From sequence record SRR20825006_189: a DNA stretch of 64,000 nt, one strand, 5' to 3'. Each line of letters begins with the position of its first letter. Position 1 is the stretch's first letter. The position numbers and the translations under genes are program-made. Of the stretch, positions 30,224 through 39,819 are shown one piece after another. The notes beneath the pieces were generated by a model. That model did not search any database and had not been told where the DNA came from. It worked only from the letters and a program-made list of their open reading frames with translations.

Positions 30224-31158
30224 TTAATCGCATTGACCTTATCTGCCGCCGCCATCTGCTGACATAAATTGAGACCGTGCTGAATCAGTGACTGATCAGG
30301 TTGTTTGTTCATAAAGAAGACATTTCTGGACTGATAAAAAAAATGGCTGAGTTCTTCACTCAGGCCTCGGAACTGGTGATGCTTTGCCAGGAAATCATCC
30401 AGTTGATCGGCAAAGACTGTTGTCTGCGCGCGCTGGTTAACTGCCTGATGCACCGCCTGCAGACAGGCAAGATAATCATCGGTGGTTTTCAGACCGCCAC
30501 GTTTTCTCCGACGAATCTCTCTGGCAGCACGGGTGAAGGGTGATTGCCCCAGCTTGGGCAACAGGCCATTCAGCCATAACAGGGCAAAGAGGACCAGCAC
30601 AACAGCGGCTGCCAGCAGGGCAGAACGCTGTTCCAGTTGATTCAGAGAAAAGGTTCCTGGAGCAATAGCTGCTTTCATAAATGCCGCGACATCATTGTTA
30701 TTGCCAACGCCGCTGGGTGTGATTTCCTTGATGGGCGACATGGTGAAGTCCCAGTCAGGCAGGCGCAGTTGGAAGCGCTGGTCATCGGCGGAAAAATCGA
30801 GTGCAATGGCAGGGATGTTGCGTGGTCTGACATCCAGCGGTGCGTAGAACGTCTGATATTCGAGATCGATGAGATAACGAATAGTGTCATCAGATTCTCT
30901 GGTCGATACCGACACGTCGCGGAGTTCCAGCCAGTATTTTATTTCACCAGCTTGGGGCAGAGAGGATTGAATCAGGCTGAATGGCGCTTTCACTTCAATC
31001 AGATAACGGTGATGAATGATATCGCCGACCATGACGCCATAGTTTCTGCCCTGATCCATTTGCAGAATTCTGGCAGTGATATTTGCCTGCTCAGCCTGAA
31101 CACCGCCAGCGCCGACCAGCCAGATAAGAAACAAACTCATTAACCAACGACCATTCAT
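30220..31158 (-). CDS. mxaA: MxaA, MDH Ca2+-insertion protein
   Basis: Signal peptide, YQTFYAPLDV, TM near C-terminus; position between mxaS and mxaC. Confidence 0.85.
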   Translation of the reverse strand: MNGRWLMSLFLIWLVGAGGVQAEQANITARILQMDQGRNYGVMVGDIIHHRYLIEVKAPFSLIQSSLPQAGEIKYWLELRDVSVSTRESDDTIRYLIDLEYQTFYAPLDVRPRNIPAIALDFSADDQRFQLRLPDWDFTMSPIKEITPSGVGNNNDVAAFMKAAIAPGTFSLNQLEQRSALLAAAVVLVLFALLWLNGLLPKLGQSPFTRAAREIRRRKRGGLKTTDDYLACLQAVHQAVNQRAQTTVFADQLDDFLAKHHQFRGLSEELSHFFYQSRNVFFMNKQPDQSLIQHGLNLCQQMAAADKVNAIK

Positions 31159-31167
31159 TCTGCTGCC

Positions 31168-31977
31168 TCAGGACTGTGCTGCAAAAAAATGATTCATTTG
31201 TGTGGCCTCATAATCATCCAGCAGCCAGAAAGGCCGCTGACTAAAGGCTCGGCACAGGGTGTTGAGGGATTGCTGACGTTCCTGATAGCGTTGCCTGATG
31301 AGACGGCGCTGACTTGGTGTCACAAAGATCAGTGTGCTTTTACCTGTTTCCAGATCGGTCATCTCGACAAAACGCCACAGGGGGTAATCGTTATATTCCT
31401 GACTCAGCCAGCTGATCACAGGCACCACGATGTGCGCTGACAGTGCGGTCAAGATGGCATGTAGTTGCTGCTCAGGCCAGTGAAAATCAGAGATAAGAAA
31501 GATTAAGGCTGGCCGGGTCGGCAGAATTCGATGAATTTCCATATAAGCATCGGCCCGGTTATGCTCAGGTTCGATGACAGCAAATGCGGACTGCAGGGAG
31601 TCGGAATCTGTTAGAGGCTGAAGCTCGTCAGTCAGCAGATAAGCCGACATCTGATCGCCAGCGGCCGTTACAGACTGGCTGATGCTGTCGAACAGTTTGC
31701 ATACCATGCTGACTTTATTGGCGTAAATCATGGATGAGGAACCATCAATCAGCACCAGCACATCCAGTTTGCTGCGTTGTCGGTAGCTTCTGACCTGCAG
31801 GTTTTCAAACGGGTCAGTCAGACTGGCATTGAGATCAATACGGGCAGGTTCCGGCTCATCAAGAAAATGGGTTTTACGGTAGAAATCCGAGCCGGGCCCG
31901 CGCTGACGACTTTTGTGGCCACCGGGCATCAGGCTGCTGACCATGACGGCGGTTTTGTAGTCGAATACCTGGCTCAT
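31168..31977 (-). CDS. mxaS: MxaS, DUF58/vWA-like protein
   Basis: PGGH.S...G.G.DF, DGSSSM, FLISDFH; follows the MoxR ATPase. Confidence 0.88.
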   Translation of the reverse strand: MSQVFDYKTAVMVSSLMPGGHKSRQRGPGSDFYRKTHFLDEPEPARIDLNASLTDPFENLQVRSYRQRSKLDVLVLIDGSSSMIYANKVSMVCKLFDSISQSVTAAGDQMSAYLLTDELQPLTDSDSLQSAFAVIEPEHNRADAYMEIHRILPTRPALIFLISDFHWPEQQLHAILTALSAHIVVPVISWLSQEYNDYPLWRFVEMTDLETGKSTLIFVTPSQRRLIRQRYQERQQSLNTLCRAFSQRPFWLLDDYEATQMNHFFAAQS

Positions 31978-33008
31978 GGTGAGGCAACCGTATCGAGCGC
32001 TGTCTCAATCAGCGTATCCACAATCTGATCCCGGTTATAGTCATAGACCGGATTCAGGAATAGCCGGTGTTTCGCGACCTGTTTGATAATCACATGAAAG
32101 TCTTCAGGGATGATCGCTTCGCGTTGATTCAGCCAGGCATTCACGCGTGCGCCGCGGGCCAGATAGCTGATACCGCGGGGACCCATACCGCCCTTGATCA
32201 ATTTGCTGACATCGACATCTGATATCTGTATGGCATATTCGTCAGGATCGCGCAGCGCCCGGCACAGGTGAAAACCATAATCCTGCAGTGCCGCGCTGGC
32301 TTTGACCTGTTGCTGTATCTGTACTGCAATGTCATTGAGATGCTGATAGGGCAGAATGGATTTTTCCACGCTATCGACCAGTTTTTCTGCATCATGAAAG
32401 CGGGGGTTGAACATCAGGTCCTTTAATTGTGCTTCTGCTTTTGGCTGTTCCACATGCAGTTCCATCATAAAGCGGTCACGGGCGGCAGCTGGCAGCTCAA
32501 AGGTTTCATCTTTTTCAATACGATTGCGATCAGCGAATACCTGCAGATGGGGGAAATAATGTGTCTGGTTAAAGGCATGCACACTTCTCTCGGCCATAAT
32601 GCGTAACAACAGGGAGTGAACCTGAGGCCTTGCACGGTTAATCTCATTGAAAAAGAAAATCGATAAGGCATCACCATGTTTCAACACCGGTCCGGGACTG
32701 ACGCCGGGTTTGCCGTTTTCAGTGATGTAGGTGTAATAAACCAGGTCATGGGGCATCAGGTCGATGGTGCCCTCAATACGTTCAAAATTGCCGCCCAGGG
32801 TCTCGGCCACTGTTTTCAGCAGGGTCGTTTTACCGACACCGACATCACCTTCCAGCAGAACATGACCCCGGGACAATGTGGCGATCATCATCTGTCTGAC
32901 GATGGTTTCCTGGCCCAGAATTGTCTGGTTGATGCTTTGTTCCGTTTTCCGGATCAGATCATGCCAGTCTGTCAGGGAAGGCATGTTTGCATTGGCGGAT
33001 TGGTTCAT
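31974..33008 (-). CDS. mxaR: MxaR, MoxR-family AAA+ ATPase
   Basis: Walker A GDVGVGKT, FFFNEINRA, ETFELPAAARDRF. Confidence 0.95.
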   Translation of the reverse strand: MNQSANANMPSLTDWHDLIRKTEQSINQTILGQETIVRQMMIATLSRGHVLLEGDVGVGKTTLLKTVAETLGGNFERIEGTIDLMPHDLVYYTYITENGKPGVSPGPVLKHGDALSIFFFNEINRARPQVHSLLLRIMAERSVHAFNQTHYFPHLQVFADRNRIEKDETFELPAAARDRFMMELHVEQPKAEAQLKDLMFNPRFHDAEKLVDSVEKSILPYQHLNDIAVQIQQQVKASAALQDYGFHLCRALRDPDEYAIQISDVDVSKLIKGGMGPRGISYLARGARVNAWLNQREAIIPEDFHVIIKQVAKHRLFLNPVYDYNRDQIVDTLIETALDTVASP

Positions 33009-33027
33009 AGCGCTTTACCGGCATTAG

Positions 33028-33059
33028 AAAAAGAAAGACCGGCCTGTAAGAGGCCGGTC
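33028..33059 (-). terminator. Intrinsic terminator/attenuator after mxaI
   Basis: GACCGGCC..GGCCGGTC stem followed on the minus strand by TTTCTTTTT. Confidence 0.7.
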
Positions 33060-33078
33060 ATCTGGGTAAGTGAATAGA

Positions 33079-33351
33079 TTAATATTCCCAATTACCTGTT
33101 TTTTTGAAGTTCGCAACGCGTTCTGCATTACGTTTTTCCATCGCATTCAGCGCTTCCTGCTGTTTATTAAGCTCTTTTTCACTGTGCTTGGGATCGTATT
33201 TACTGCCTTTGACTTTTTCAGGGAAACCAGGCTTGGCCTCCCAGCAGTTGCCGGGATCTTTACAGTTGGTTCCATCATAAGCCATCACAGCGGTACCGCC
33301 TGACAGCATCATCAGAGCAGAACATGTGACTGCGATTGTTTTAAGTTTCAT
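33079..33351 (-). CDS. mxaI: Methanol dehydrogenase small subunit
   Basis: Signal peptide, then YDGTNCKDPGNCWEAKPGFPEK..GSKYDPKH. Confidence 0.98.
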   Translation of the reverse strand: MKLKTIAVTCSALMMLSGGTAVMAYDGTNCKDPGNCWEAKPGFPEKVKGSKYDPKHSEKELNKQQEALNAMEKRNAERVANFKKTGNWEY

Positions 33352-33433
33352 TTTTTCTCTCCTTTTATTGCGACGACATAATGAATTGATGTGTTATCGG
33401 GGTGATAACACATCACCCATTAATGGTTTGAAG

Positions 33434-34012
33434 TTATTTCTTAAAGTTTTTCAGTGCTTCTTTGTAATCTTCAGGGACTGGCGCCGGGGTGAAGTCGGCT
33501 TTCTCTTCTTCAGTCAACCATTCGGCTTTTTCAGGGTCGCCCCAGTAAACACTGCGAATCCAGGCCATTATCTGCAGCATTTCATCGATGGTGAGGTTGT
33601 TGTATTGCGGCCCCATCATGCTTCGGGCCCCGCCATAGATAGTTTCAAACAGCCCCTTGTCGGTGGCATTCTTGGGGTAGGTGTAATAGTCATCACCCAA
33701 AGCCGGGCCCAGTTTGCCTTCAGCATGATGGCCGTGACAGCCTGAACAGGCGGTCATAAACAGGCTTTCGCCTGTATGAATGGCTTCCTCATCGGTGTTG
33801 TAGAGGTTCTCACCGGTATTTTTAAAGTGTTTAACTGCTTCAGTCTTTTCACCTTTTTTACCGAATGAGAAGTCCAGTACCTCACCGGTGATGGTGTTAC
33901 GGAACATGAGTTCAGACTGTGCGACCGGAATCAGCGACACAGTGACCACTGAAGCCAGTAAAAAAAAGAGAGTGCCGCGGTTTTTTTTCGGTAAGCGAGT
34001 TGTATCAGTCAT
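33434..34012 (-). CDS. mxaG: Cytochrome cL
   Basis: CSGCH heme site, GKLGP.L.DDY..YP, GLFETI.GGA...MGPQ. Confidence 0.96.
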   Translation of the reverse strand: MTDTTRLPKKNRGTLFFLLASVVTVSLIPVAQSELMFRNTITGEVLDFSFGKKGEKTEAVKHFKNTGENLYNTDEEAIHTGESLFMTACSGCHGHHAEGKLGPALGDDYYTYPKNATDKGLFETIYGGARSMMGPQYNNLTIDEMLQIMAWIRSVYWGDPEKAEWLTEEEKADFTPAPVPEDYKEALKNFKK

Positions 34013-34044
34013 TGTTTTAAATCTTTCCTGTTGTGAGCTCAGCC

Positions 34045-34887
34045 CTAAAGAAGGGGAACGCCTTCCTGTTTAAGAACGGCTTTTATTTTTGAGTCAGCCT
34101 CTTGCAGGGCGGTGTTAATTTCGGTCAGCAAACCTTTATCTTCACTACGCACAGCAACAGACTGTTCGTAGTGCTGGAGAACCCCTTCACCGTCCCCGGT
34201 TCGGGCGACTTCCTCAGAAACCACCATTTTCAGTGGTACTGAAGCTGATTGAACATAACGTGCTGCTTCCGGTGCCCAGATGTGAGCAAGGTCTGCTTTG
34301 CCGGAGCTAACTTCAGCAATCAATACGTCAGGGGCGTAGCGAACATACTGGTTGCGTCTGGACTTGAAACCGATGAGTGACATCATGTAGTTGAAATTGC
34401 CCTCGTATTTATCGATTTCACGTAGCATGACTTCGGAGGGACTGCCCGGCACGATGGCGAATTTGCTCATGGACTGAAGGTCTTCGCTTTGCCAGGTTTT
34501 GATATCCAGGTTTTTATCGGCGGGATAAATGAATGCGTAGCCGGATTTGTAATAGGGTTTGCTGGTTGCAACACGCGGATCACCCTTATCCACACCCATC
34601 ACGACATCACATTCATTTTTGAGCAGCTTTTCGGTGACCAGGAAGATCGCGGCTTTATCAGACCAGACCATTTCCAGATCACGATCCATTTCTTCAGCGA
34701 GGATGGCCGCCAGCCTGTTTTCGAAACCTTCACCACTTTTGCTGGAATAAGGCATTTCATCCGCTGCGGCGCAGACGCGAAGTGTCTCGCTGTTGGCACT
34801 GGCGGTATGGCTGAGCATCATGCCGCTGCCGATCAGTAAGCTGAAGAGCGTTTTGAATGCTTTGCTGCTTTGAATGTTCATTTTCAT
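34045..34887 (-). CDS. mxaJ: MxaJ periplasmic binding-protein-like MDH chaperone
   Basis: LRVCAAADEMPYS, GFENR, SLIGFKSRRNQY. Confidence 0.95.
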   Translation of the reverse strand: MKMNIQSSKAFKTLFSLLIGSGMMLSHTASANSETLRVCAAADEMPYSSKSGEGFENRLAAILAEEMDRDLEMVWSDKAAIFLVTEKLLKNECDVVMGVDKGDPRVATSKPYYKSGYAFIYPADKNLDIKTWQSEDLQSMSKFAIVPGSPSEVMLREIDKYEGNFNYMMSLIGFKSRRNQYVRYAPDVLIAEVSSGKADLAHIWAPEAARYVQSASVPLKMVVSEEVARTGDGEGVLQHYEQSVAVRSEDKGLLTEINTALQEADSKIKAVLKQEGVPLL

Positions 34888-34980
34888 GGTGCTTTACCCT
34901 TTGATGGAAGGCCGGCAGCCAGATGACTGCCGACCGGGTTTTATAACGATTAAGCTTTCAGTCAATGCGGTAAGCCATGC

Positions 34981-36864
34981 TTACATTTCGTATTCACCGA
35001 CACTCAGATCGTCATAGGGGCTCTTACCATCAATTGCAAAGACCATGACGCCACCACCCATCTGGGTGTTTTTCGCCAGTTCTTTAAAGGCGCCGACAGC
35101 ACCCAGACCGGCAGAGGGGTCATTCAGGTCAAACACCAGACCGACAGCTGGCCAGCCACCGACACCATAGTTGATAGCCACATACTGTGTACCGTCATGC
35201 GTGTAGGTCATCGGGTGACCGATAGCGCCTGAAGGCAGTTTGAATTTCCACAGCAGTTCACCGTTGTCAGCATCACGTGCTTTGATGAAGCCATCGAGGG
35301 TGCCGTAGAAAACCAGGCCGCCTTTGGTTGCCATGGTGCCGCCCCAGACGGAGAATTTCTCCATTTTTTCCCAGGCAAAGTCACCGGTAATGGCGTTATA
35401 GGCCTTAACCTGGCCAGAGCCGATACCATTCTGGCGGTCACCTTTAGGTCCGGGGTAAGACCAGACGTTGGCACCGACGAAGAACTGACCGGCGCGGTAT
35501 GGCAGCATGAATGGCTCCCAATCCATGCAGAGATGGTTCAGGCCGAGGTAGAACAGTTCACGCTCCGGATCATAGGAGTCGAAGCCCTGGTTGTGGAAAC
35601 CCATGGCTGACGGGCAGATGTCACGTGAACGATGGCCCATGCGGGTGCTGTATTCAGGATCACGAATCGGCAGACCGGTTTCCAGATCCACTTTTTTCAC
35701 CCAGTTAGCGGTGTCATCCATCTTGTTCGCAGACATCAGGTCACCGGTTTCCCGATCCAGGGTGTAAACAATCCCGTTACGGTCAGGGTGAGTCAGCAGC
35801 TTGCGCATTTTGCCATTTTTGTCTTTCTGTTCAGAAAGCATCATGACGTTAACGCCAGCGTAATCCCACTCGTCGTGAGGGGTTTTCTGATAACCGAACT
35901 TGGCCAGACCGGTGTCCAGATCACGACCCCAGATGGTCATGGTCCATTTGTTATCCCCCGGGCGCATGGTTTCATTCCAGGGGGCCGGATTGCCTGAACC
36001 ATAGTAGAACATGTTCAGATCAGGGTCATAGGCATACCAGCCCCAGTTAGTACCACCACCGATTTTCCAGGCATTGTCTTCCCAGGTTTTGGTACCCAGA
36101 TTTTTCTGGCCGTAGTGCGGGTTTTCGCTGTTAAAGCTCTTATGCAGACCGATGTCGCTGTCTGGACCGGTTGCATACCAGCGCCATGCCATTTCCCCGG
36201 TGTGAATATCATAGGCGGTCACATAACCACGCACACCCAGCTCGGCACCGGAAGAGCCCTGAATCACCAGATCTTTGGCAACAAATGGGGCTGCTGTTTC
36301 AGTCTGACCGACGCTGATGTCAGCATTTTCCACTTTCCAGTGAACTTCACCGGTTTCGGCATTCAGTGCAACAACATGTCCATCCAGCTGACTTTTAACG
36401 ATCATGGCCGGTGTTTTGTCATCACCGGGCCAGTAGGCCAGACCACGGTTAACAACGTCACAGCAGGCGACAGCGCGGGCGGCCGGATCCTGTTTCGGTT
36501 TGTGTTCCCACTTGATCACTCCCGGTTCATCCAGATCGACAGCAAATGTGTTATTCGGGAACGGGGTGTGAATGTACATGGTTCCGTCCACAACCAGCGG
36601 CGCGCCCTCATGACCATTCAGAACACCGGTTGAGAACGACCAGGATGGCCGCAGACGGTTGACGTTCTTTTTGTTGATCTGGGTTTGTGTACTGTAGTGG
36701 GTCCCTGAGAAGTCCTTACCCTGCATGACCCAGTTTTCGTTGTTCTGCTGCAGTTCGACCAGTTTCTGGTTTGCCATAGCAGCACCGGACACAAGGCCCA
36801 GGGCTGATGAAACAGCAAGTGCAGTACCGAGTCTGGACCATCGGTTCAGATGCGTTTCTCTCAT
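34981..36864 (-). CDS. mxaF: PQQ/Ca2+-dependent methanol dehydrogenase large subunit
   Basis: Vicinal CC in [16 protein letters not shown] has Ala where lanthanide-dependent XoxF has a second Asp. mxaI is present. Confidence 0.98.
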   Translation of the reverse strand: MRETHLNRWSRLGTALAVSSALGLVSGAAMANQKLVELQQNNENWVMQGKDFSGTHYSTQTQINKKNVNRLRPSWSFSTGVLNGHEGAPLVVDGTMYIHTPFPNNTFAVDLDEPGVIKWEHKPKQDPAARAVACCDVVNRGLAYWPGDDKTPAMIVKSQLDGHVVALNAETGEVHWKVENADISVGQTETAAPFVAKDLVIQGSSGAELGVRGYVTAYDIHTGEMAWRWYATGPDSDIGLHKSFNSENPHYGQKNLGTKTWEDNAWKIGGGTNWGWYAYDPDLNMFYYGSGNPAPWNETMRPGDNKWTMTIWGRDLDTGLAKFGYQKTPHDEWDYAGVNVMMLSEQKDKNGKMRKLLTHPDRNGIVYTLDRETGDLMSANKMDDTANWVKKVDLETGLPIRDPEYSTRMGHRSRDICPSAMGFHNQGFDSYDPERELFYLGLNHLCMDWEPFMLPYRAGQFFVGANVWSYPGPKGDRQNGIGSGQVKAYNAITGDFAWEKMEKFSVWGGTMATKGGLVFYGTLDGFIKARDADNGELLWKFKLPSGAIGHPMTYTHDGTQYVAINYGVGGWPAVGLVFDLNDPSAGLGAVGAFKELAKNTQMGGGVMVFAIDGKSPYDDLSVGEYEM

Positions 36865-37114
36865 ATATCCTCCTATTTGTTTTGAGTGTCAGCTGAGGCT
36901 GACTTTGTGGTGCAGCACCAATTACCGAAAACGGTGCTAAAGCACAGCATCCATAGTGCTTTTTTTTGAACAGGACGGGATAGAGAGCGGGGCCCGAAAG
37001 CTTAAGGGAAGTTATCCCAAGATGGTGGATGAATGGAGGGTATCGGCTTTATAGCGAGCAGTCGGTATCGTCCGGCTGAGTCTCTGAAAGGTAGCGGACG
37101 ATGCCGAGAAGTGA

Positions 37115-37759
37115 TCAAACGGGAGGCGTCTGTAAAACACCGGTTTTTTGGGCCAGAAAGATAATCTCGGCCAGATTGCTGGTACCGAGCTTACGCATCA
37201 TATTTGTTTTGTAATTGGAGACGGTCTTGGGTGCCAGGGCCAGGCTGCCAGCCATTTCATTAATGCTCCGGCCTTCAGCCACCATTCTGAATACGGCGAA
37301 CTCCTGATGGGAAAGGGCATCCAGTTTGTGGTCGGCATGAACCAGCTTATCCATCGCGATGGCCCGCGCTATTTCGGTACTGAGGTAGTGACCTTTATTG
37401 ATAATGGTTCTGACAGCCTCAATCAATACGGATGAAGAGCAGGATTTGGTGATATAACCTCGAGCCCCCATATCCATCGCCCGCATCGCCAGGGTGGAGT
37501 CGTCATGCATGGTGCACACCAGAATCCTTGCTTTAGGATTGCGGGCCGTGATGCGTCGGATACATTCAAGCCCGCCGGCTCCCGGCATGCTGATATCAAT
37601 AATACAGATATCAGGATTGAGATTAATATATTGCCGATATCCTTCCTCAGAGTTGCTGGCCTGAGCCACGACGTCGAAACCGGCTGAATTCAGCAGTTGC
37701 TGATAGCCCTCTCTGAGGATGGTGTGATCATCAATAAGAAGAACAGTGGTAGCTTGCAT
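37115..37759 (-). CDS. mxaB: NarL/LuxR-family response regulator, MxaB-like
   Basis: LIDDH, IDISMPG, C-terminal HTH (LSHQEF..., KTVSNY); directly upstream of mxaF. Confidence 0.8.
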   Translation of the reverse strand: MQATTVLLIDDHTILREGYQQLLNSAGFDVVAQASNSEEGYRQYINLNPDICIIDISMPGAGGLECIRRITARNPKARILVCTMHDDSTLAMRAMDMGARGYITKSCSSSVLIEAVRTIINKGHYLSTEIARAIAMDKLVHADHKLDALSHQEFAVFRMVAEGRSINEMAGSLALAPKTVSNYKTNMMRKLGTSNLAEIIFLAQKTGVLQTPPV

Positions 37760-37772
37760 AAGTGATATTCAT

Positions 37773-38768
37773 TTATTTAAGTGGTTGATAAGGCAGCTTC
37801 AACTGCAACCTGGTCCCTGAAGGCTTTGTTGCAGAAAGCTGACAGCGGCCGCCGAGTGATTGTGCGCGTTCGCGAACCGCAAGCAGACCCAGTCCCCGGT
37901 CAGCAAAATCAGCAGGCAGCCCTTTGCCATTGTCTTCCAGCACCAGCTGCAGTTGATGATGGCCAAATTCCCGAAACTGACAGATATCGACCGTGACCAT
38001 ATTGGCTTCTGCATGACGCCGGATATTGCTCAGGCCTTCCTGTAGTCCCCGGTAAAGTGCGAACGCAACGTCGTTTCCGAGCTCATTGTCTTTCAGTTCG
38101 ATTCGTGTATCGACACGGATAGGTGGGTTTGCGCCTTGCCAGTCGTGCAGTAACTCGTGAACAGCACCGGACAGTCCAATACTGTCCAGATTCGGTGGTT
38201 TCAGTTGCCGAAGCTTCTGGCGGGTGATCGAACGCAAGTGGTCAGTACTGTCGATAACGGAACTGAGACAGGCTTTCAGTTGTGTGTCCTGAGACAGGTT
38301 CAAGGCCACAGTCAGATTGGCATCCATTGCCGCCAGGTGCTGGCCGAAAACATCGTGCAGTTCGGTGGCAAGGTGCTTTCGTTCTGATTCCCGCACTTCA
38401 ATCAAATGCTTAAGCAGAGCCTGATTCTCTCTGAGGAGCTGACGGATATTGTCATTATTCGCTTGCAGCTTTGCCTGCATTGCCAGGTTATTACTGAGGC
38501 TGTATTTCAAGGCCCGGAGTCGACGAATGCTGAACCATATCAGGCCGAGACAAGCCGCCAGCAATACAAAAACGATCTCATCCAACTGATAGATTTCACC
38601 GAGTGCGGTCCAGTCAATATAACGTTCTGCCAGATCTAAATGGGCTGCCAGAAGATAGGTTGAGAGGGTTAAAAATGTTACCCAGAGTAAATCCCCGATA
38701 GTCTGGCGAGCATCATGCAGTTTGCTAACGGAATGGGGAGGATCCCTGGGAGGGAGGCTCGCAGTCAT
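37773..38768 (-). CDS. HisKA_3-type membrane sensor kinase of the mxa locus
   Basis: Two TM helices, ERKHLATELHD, QEGLSNIRRHA, DNGKG, GLGL. Start placed at MTASLP; the ORF is open to 38849. Confidence 0.88.
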   Translation of the reverse strand: MTASLPPRDPPHSVSKLHDARQTIGDLLWVTFLTLSTYLLAAHLDLAERYIDWTALGEIYQLDEIVFVLLAACLGLIWFSIRRLRALKYSLSNNLAMQAKLQANNDNIRQLLRENQALLKHLIEVRESERKHLATELHDVFGQHLAAMDANLTVALNLSQDTQLKACLSSVIDSTDHLRSITRQKLRQLKPPNLDSIGLSGAVHELLHDWQGANPPIRVDTRIELKDNELGNDVAFALYRGLQEGLSNIRRHAEANMVTVDICQFREFGHHQLQLVLEDNGKGLPADFADRGLGLLAVRERAQSLGGRCQLSATKPSGTRLQLKLPYQPLK

Positions 38769-38961
38769 GGCATTTCCATTTGTAAGAAAACCGAGAGTAT
38801 TCACCACCTGACAACGTCTATACAGGGGGGAAATGCACAATGGGAGCAATTCATAGCGCTAAAAATGAGACTGTCACGGCAATATCCGCGCTGTTGTCTC
38901 TAACGCCCTGAGACAGGGGCTGAGTAGGATGTTCCGACATATCAGAAAAGCAGGAAAAATT

Positions 38962-39282
38962 ATGAAAATATTGTCAGTGTTGCTGTTTTGCGTGTCGGTC
39001 ACAACAGCCGCTTTTGCTCAACAAGCTACCGATTTCTATGAAGAACTGCAGTTTCTCAAAACCTTTGCCGGCCAGAGTGCCGAATTTGTCAAAACCGAAC
39101 TGGGAGAGCCCGTCTCCGTAGTACAGCGTGAAAATCAAGGTGGCACAGTCGAGTTCTGGATTTATCAGGACAGAGTCCGGCAGGGCACATCAGACAAGGT
39201 TTACCGTTACACCCAAATTGGCATTGCCAATGGCTTTGTGGAAACACTGGGTCATACCAATCGTGATATCAAGAGTCAGTAA
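38962..39282 (+). CDS. Small exported hypothetical protein, first gene of the mxaDE unit
   Basis: SD AGGA, signal peptide ending AFA, V...LGEP....W.Y pattern. Confidence 0.7.
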   Translation: MKILSVLLFCVSVTTAAFAQQATDFYEELQFLKTFAGQSAEFVKTELGEPVSVVQRENQGGTVEFWIYQDRVRQGTSDKVYRYTQIGIANGFVETLGHTNRDIKSQ

Positions 39283-39297
39283 TTAATGAGGAACAAT

Positions 39298-39819
39298 ATG
39301 AAACAATGGGCAAGCCTGCTGCTGGCAGGGCACTTCCTGCTGCCGAATCTGGCTATGGCACACGGTCCGACACCACAGAAAATCGATGAAAAAGTGGTGA
39401 TCGCAGCACCGGTTGATGAAGTCTGGCAACAAGTCAGTGATTTCAGCGCGATCGCTGACTGGCATCCGATGGTAGAAAAAGTCCAGGTGCCAGAAGCAGG
39501 CACGCGGGTGCTGACCCTGAAAGGCAAAGGTAATATCACTGAAAGCCTGGACGATATGAATGCCGATGAGCACACCATGAGCTACCGACTTTATCAAGAA
39601 GACATTACGGTCTTACCGGTCAGTTTCTACAGTGTATCGATTGAACTGGAGGCAGTTGATGCCGGCACTGAAATGAGTTGGAAAGGTCGTTTTTACCGGG
39701 CTGATACCGGTAATTTTCCTCCTGAACATTACAATGATGCTGCTGCAGTGTCGGCGATGAGCGAGTTTGCCAATAGCGGAATGGCGGCATTGAAACAACA
39801 ATTGCAAGGCCGGCAATAG
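39298..39819 (+). CDS. mxaD: MxaD, SRPBCC-fold periplasmic protein
   Basis: Signal peptide, then HGPTPQK, WHP, LPVS.Y, GRFYRADTGNFPP. Confidence 0.9.
   Translation: MKQWASLLLAGHFLLPNLAMAHGPTPQKIDEKVVIAAPVDEVWQQVSDFSAIADWHPMVEKVQVPEAGTRVLTLKGKGNITESLDDMNADEHTMSYRLYQEDITVLPVSFYSVSIELEAVDAGTEMSWKGRFYRADTGNFPPEHYNDAAAVSAMSEFANSGMAALKQQLQGRQ

Noticed and set aside
34981-36864. Lanthanide-dependent XoxF
   Set aside because: The active-site motif is WDYAG (no extra Asp), and mxaI/mxaACKL are present, so it is MxaF.
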